A stretch of 62,672 bases of DNA, the filler included, from Vannella sp. (lineage: Eukaryota), in NCBI GenBank assembly GCA_023345925.1. It is 4 parts of 4 records of this genome, joined end to end, with 100 filler letters (N's around TTAATTAATTAA, not from the genome) between each part and the next. Parts side by side here need not be neighbours in the genome. Positions count along the whole stretch, not along the records: positions 55,880 to 62,672 come from JAJQQN010000340.1; 3 more parts are not named here. The stretch is one strand, 5' to 3'. Every line of letters begins with the position of its first letter. Position 1 is the stretch's first letter. Below the pieces are notes generated by a model. The model ran no database searches. It saw nothing but the letters and a program-made list of their open reading frames with translations, and had not been told where the DNA came from. Positions 58,500 through 62,672 of the stretch are shown here, piece by piece. Both the position numbers and the translations under genes were made by a program.

Positions 58500-61400
58500 C
58501 TAACTCCTTTCTGGTTTGGTTCTGGACTTTGATGAAGGGATTAAGGTGTGATTGGAGCGCGCAGTAGAGGCGTTGGATGTGAAGGAGTTCTGTAAGAGCT
58601 GGCCTTGTCTGAGAATGTCGAGGGTGGAGGAATATCCTCGGCTGCCAAGTTGGCCAGAATTGCCGGGTGGCAGAACAGACCATCCTGCATCATCATCTGA
58701 TGGTGACATGTCATGAGCCTGGCGGTAGGCTACCCATTACTTGTCAGGTCCACCGAGCAGAGCCACTTTGAAGGTGGAGGTACTTACAGACTCCCCACCC
58801 TTTCTGGTCAAAGGAATATCGGAAAGGAACAACTTGTGCCATAGAAAGAGTCTCAGAGTCACCACTTGATTCCATGGAGGGGCTGGAAGTGATCAGAAAG
58901 GAATTCAGCCCACAAAAGGAGCAAAGTACCTGATAATGCGATCGAGAAGAGGAGAAATCGTTCCCATGTTATGAGCAAAAGTTGTGCGATGGATCTCTCC
59001 CCAGCGCCAAGAAGAAGGGGGAGCAGAGGCTACACGGCGGGTATGCGAGAGGTGGTGTGATAACCAACGCACCGCATTAATGAAGCTGTCAACCATGAGT
59101 CGATCTGCTCCACCATGTTTCTTCATCTGTTCCAATTGTGAGCAACCAAATGCAATAAAAAGATGGGCGACAGACCCAATTGGATGAGGCCGTCCGCATC
59201 TCTTTGGTTATCTTCGAAGTTGACTTTGCCTCTGAAGAAGAAGCGTCCCACATTGTGAATAGAGCTGTTGGAGAAGTTACAAGCATGCCCGTGCTGGTAT
59301 TAATAACTGGATGGAATCCCCTTTGGAGAGTTCTAAGTAAGCTAGGCTCTAAAGGGGTTCAGAAAGGACTTACTTTCCAAGGCAAATATCTCTCAATGAG
59401 CCGCAGATTCCGTTAAAGAGTTCAATAAGGGCAGTTTGGTAAACAGCATGATAGATAGCTGCACCTGCAGAATTTTTTGCCACGTGGGAGTCCCATCTCC
59501 GGAATTCTTCCAACGCAGCGCAAAGCAGTTTCTCATCTTCTGAGACAGGAGCTCGAGGACAAATACTCTTTGAAATGATCTTTCGGAGGAAGAAGCGCCG
59601 ATGGAACTCTTCAGCAGCCAATGACTTGGTATCCTGTTGGAAAGTAATAGCATCTTCAAGGGTGATCTTGGTGCCGTTATTGATGAAGGATTCGATCAAT
59701 TGGGTAAGGCGTAGAGCGCGATAACCCTGGGACCAAGTGTTGGCAGTTGGATAGAACTCGTTGGATAGTTTGTGGTTACAAGAGAGGATGAAGCCCTCTG
59801 GTGGATTGCGTACACGCGGCATCTCCTTCCATGTCATCATCCTGACCCAAGAATCCTCATTAAGCCAGCCTCTGGCAGGCCGAGTCCCAGCTTTTGAGTG
59901 AGAACGAACCGGTATTCGCCCAGTCACAAAGTGAGCGATGTTCCCTTTTGCATCTGCATAGATAAAGCTAAAGGGCTTGAGCTTATGAACCATTCAGATT
60001 GGTTACTGCTTACTTCAGAGAGGGAGAAACACAGAATCGAGCTGCCTCTTCAAACTCATCGATATTCTCCGCCAACATGGCATTGGACACAGCACCAACA
60101 ATCGAGTAGGTGAGAGAAGAGATCTTCATCACGCCAGGATGCAGAGAGCTACTCATCAACGCCAATCCATGCGTGTAAGGAGATGAATCCTCACCAGCCT
60201 TAGGGACAATCCCATTCTCAGTCACATTCAATCCCAGCACATCGCTGATGATAACGCCATAACGAGTCTTCCGATCAGTTAGTACCCGGTTAAGATATAA
60301 AGAGGAGCATTACGTGGATGATGTCGATTGTCTCAGTCTCTCCTCCTTTAAGAGTGATAGTCTCTTGCACTACCAGCGCATCTTCCTCCCTGTCTAAATG
60401 CTGATATCGCAACTCCCCCGAAGGACCGCGCTCACGAAGGAAGCGAACCAAAAAGGTGTCATCTGTGTCAGGGTTCGCCAAAGTAATTCTGAGGCGAAAG
60501 TCAGAAGTGAGACTTTTGGTAAAACGCACCTACGCGCTACTTAGATGAGGAGACCTGAAGTTGATAAAGAATGGGAGAAGAAGAGTGCTAACACCAGAGA
60601 AGCGGCGCTCTTTCTCAGTTCCACCAGAGATCTTGAGATTCCAGCGATACCAAGTGGAAGGATGAATGGCAGGCAAATGAGGGTCGCCGAGAAGTAAAGG
60701 ATTCCCTGTTTTTGTGTGATTTCCGGAGATGGCTTTGGACAAATAGGTCAGAGTTAGTGGATTTGATGCCTTTTGTTCATGGAACGTACCAAAGGCATTG
60801 CTTCCACCAAAGGTACCAACGGGAATATCTAAGCGCTCTTCCATCTCCTGAGGAAAGTGGACACGAGTGGGTTCATCCTTGAAATTCACTTGCGTATCTT
60901 CCATAGAACAGGTTGGATCTAGAATCGAAGAAGCATCCCCACGGGATGGCATGTTAACGGGGAATGCATTACTGTACTCTGGTAGCAAATCTCCCGCTAT
61001 TTCTCCAAAAGCTAAACGACAACACTCTGCGGTGAGCACAACTTTCAAACAGTCCTTTGCAACACATTACAGTTCAGGAGAAGGCTCATTGACACCTCAC
61101 GAGACCATCCTTTGGACATGGTAAAGCTATTGAACCGATTCCAGCACATTGTATCCTCCACTGTGAAGGGTTCCAAAGCAGATAGACCCAAGAGAGTGAA
61201 TTCTACAGGCATTTTGAATGCCTTGGCCTTCAATTCAGTCTATTTGTCTATTTGTAAGGTTCTTTGACTTACCTTATCGTTCATAAATGCATTGATTCCA
61301 CTCAGATAGCTTTCTACCAGTGCACGAACGTCCACAACAGACTTCCCGGACTCTTGGGGGAACTCTGGAAACTGTTTAAAGGTGAAAGAGTCCGCATTCA

Positions 61401-61996
61401 GTCTCCGGAATCCAAGAACTCGAGCTAACTTGTCCGTTCCTCTGGCCTTCTCCCCAAATATCTCACTCAACCGACCACTACAGAGCCTTCGATTGATTTC
61501 CATTTGGTAGAGTCTTGTCCCAGAGTCAGCCAGGGAGAAGTTACGAGAGGAAGGGGAGGCCCTACCGATCCTGAGCTTGGATGAAGCCCTGTGCAAAGGC
61601 AGCATCTGACAAACTCCTTGCAGTAACAGAAGGAATACCATGAGAGTCACGGAGAATCTCTACCGGCCCGGAGAGCTCGGAGGAGGTGATGAAGTAGACG
61701 TGTTCATCCTCCTGCAGTGAGAACGAAGCAAGCCGAGTCACCAATAGAGCCAATGATTGTTGGAAACTAGACTTGAACCAATCACGGGCGCGCAAGATCG
61801 TTGCCACAACTGGGGATAGCGAAGGAACGTCGGTAACAGGCGGTACTGAACAAAACAAACGAGCTGGCTTCCCAGGAGAGGCCAGCTGTCCCTCACAAAT
61901 AGGAAAGAACTCTTCCATCCATGGAGACTCCGTGACACTCCAGCCAACAGCAAAAAGGGCCACTAGAAGCGCCAAAAGCGCCACTTTCGACATCAT
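58500..61996 (-). CDS. Penicillin acylase / peptidase S45 family Ntn-hydrolase, secreted or membrane-anchored
   Basis: Signal/anchor MMSKVALLALLVALF; VEILRDSHGIP..AFAQGFIQAQDR|LYQME; GGSNAF|AISGNHTKTGNPLLLGDPHL (Ser nucleophile); YADAKGNI; NPPEGFILSCNH; VLPPGNSG; roughly ten short introns. Confidence 0.9.
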
Positions 61997-62116
61997 CTCG
62001 CTAAAAGCCCCGAAAAATGACCCAAAGTTGCCTCCTTTGGATAGATAATGCATGTCATTTTAATTGTGGAGAGGATGTTTGGTTTTGGATGGTCCAGGAC
62101 ATGAGAGAATTCACCT

Positions 62117-62353
62117 CCCCACTCAACCACGTCCGCTGGCCTCATTCAAAAGTACCTCTAAATTTGATCGGGACCCTTGCGGATCAAGTTTTTATATGTT
62201 TTTAACAGGGCCATTTTTCCATCTTCAGGGGAGAGGGTTGAAAGGAGCCAAAAAGTACTCCTCGCTTGAAACACATAAAAAGTTCATTCGTAATGGTCCC
62301 GGTGGAATTCAAGCCACTTTTCAACGGAGGCCAGCGGACGTGGTTGAGTGGGG
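62117..62353. mobile_element. Fold-back/MITE-like element, family A (copy 2)
   Basis: Perfect 27-bp terminal inverted repeat ccccactcaaccacgtccgctggcctc / gaggccagcggacgtggttgagtgggg, with imperfect pairing continuing inward for about 100 bp per arm. Confidence 0.75.
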
Positions 62354-62532
62354 CGGAGAAAATCCACGAGTGAAGGGGAAGAGGGGGGCAGAACTCGTGT
62401 TTGCATTGCTTGCCCTGATGACCTCCATCTCTTCAGGATAAGCTTTTGGACTGATTCCATTTTTTACTTTTTGGATGCTCGAGGACCCAAACAAGGGGAA
62501 ATGCCTTCGCTCGTGACTTCTCTCAACGAGGA

Positions 62533-62654
62533 CCTCCAAAAAAGGGCCCCAAAATCGATGGCGAGTGGTTAGAATCGTATTTTTGTATGTTTTTAGGTTT
62601 TCAACTTTCTGCGTCCTCCTGCGTGATAGGTCGCCCAGGCTCGTGGATTCTCTC
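62533..62654 (-). repeat. Dispersed intergenic repeat family B
   Basis: ccaaaatcgatggcgagtggttagaatcgtatttttgtatgtttttaggttttcaactttctgcgtcc...cgcccaggctcgtggattctctc. Confidence 0.8.
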
Positions 62655-62672
62655 TTGACTCTCTGAAATTGA

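Noticed and set aside
1..62672. tRNA, rRNA or snRNA genes and autonomous transposase or reverse-transcriptase ORFs
   Set aside because: None recognised by eye; a tRNAscan-SE/Infernal run would be needed to exclude small RNAs.

Overview
This is gene-dense eukaryotic (protist) DNA, about 50% GC, with very short GT-AG introns (roughly 38-60 nt). It is made of four contigs joined by artificial 100-nt N44-TTAATTAATTAA-N44 spacers at 22667, 45745 and 55780. The gene content (TKL kinases, ankyrin RasGEF, RGS/cNMP protein, major vault protein, PIWI-clade Argonaute, organellar RF2) suggests an amoebozoan-like organism; this is inference only. Confident calls: SEC23, MVP (partial), PIWI (partial), BLM/Sgs1-type RecQ, SKI2, RPS7, UMP-CMP kinase, SURF6/RRP14, a SMYD-type SET protein, RF2, GT61 and an S45 acylase. 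The most notable observations are: (1) an intronless ~1100-aa protein colinear with animal SAMD9/SAMD9L (AlbA_2/Schlafen, STAND-like NTPase, TPR); (2) a tandem CCCH zinc finger, pseudokinase and KEN-like protein, i.e. an RNase L/IRE1-like architecture with an RNA-binding N-terminus; (3) an intronless R-S-E ADP-ribosyltransferase head-to-head with SKI2; (4) PIWI head-to-head with RecQ; (5) unusual fusions (ankyrin-UVRAG, vWA-E2, a divergent PHF5-like zinc knot); and (6) two families of short intergenic repeats, one of them a fold-back/MITE-like element. All homology calls come from by-eye motif recognition, not database searches, and exon boundaries were inferred manually.
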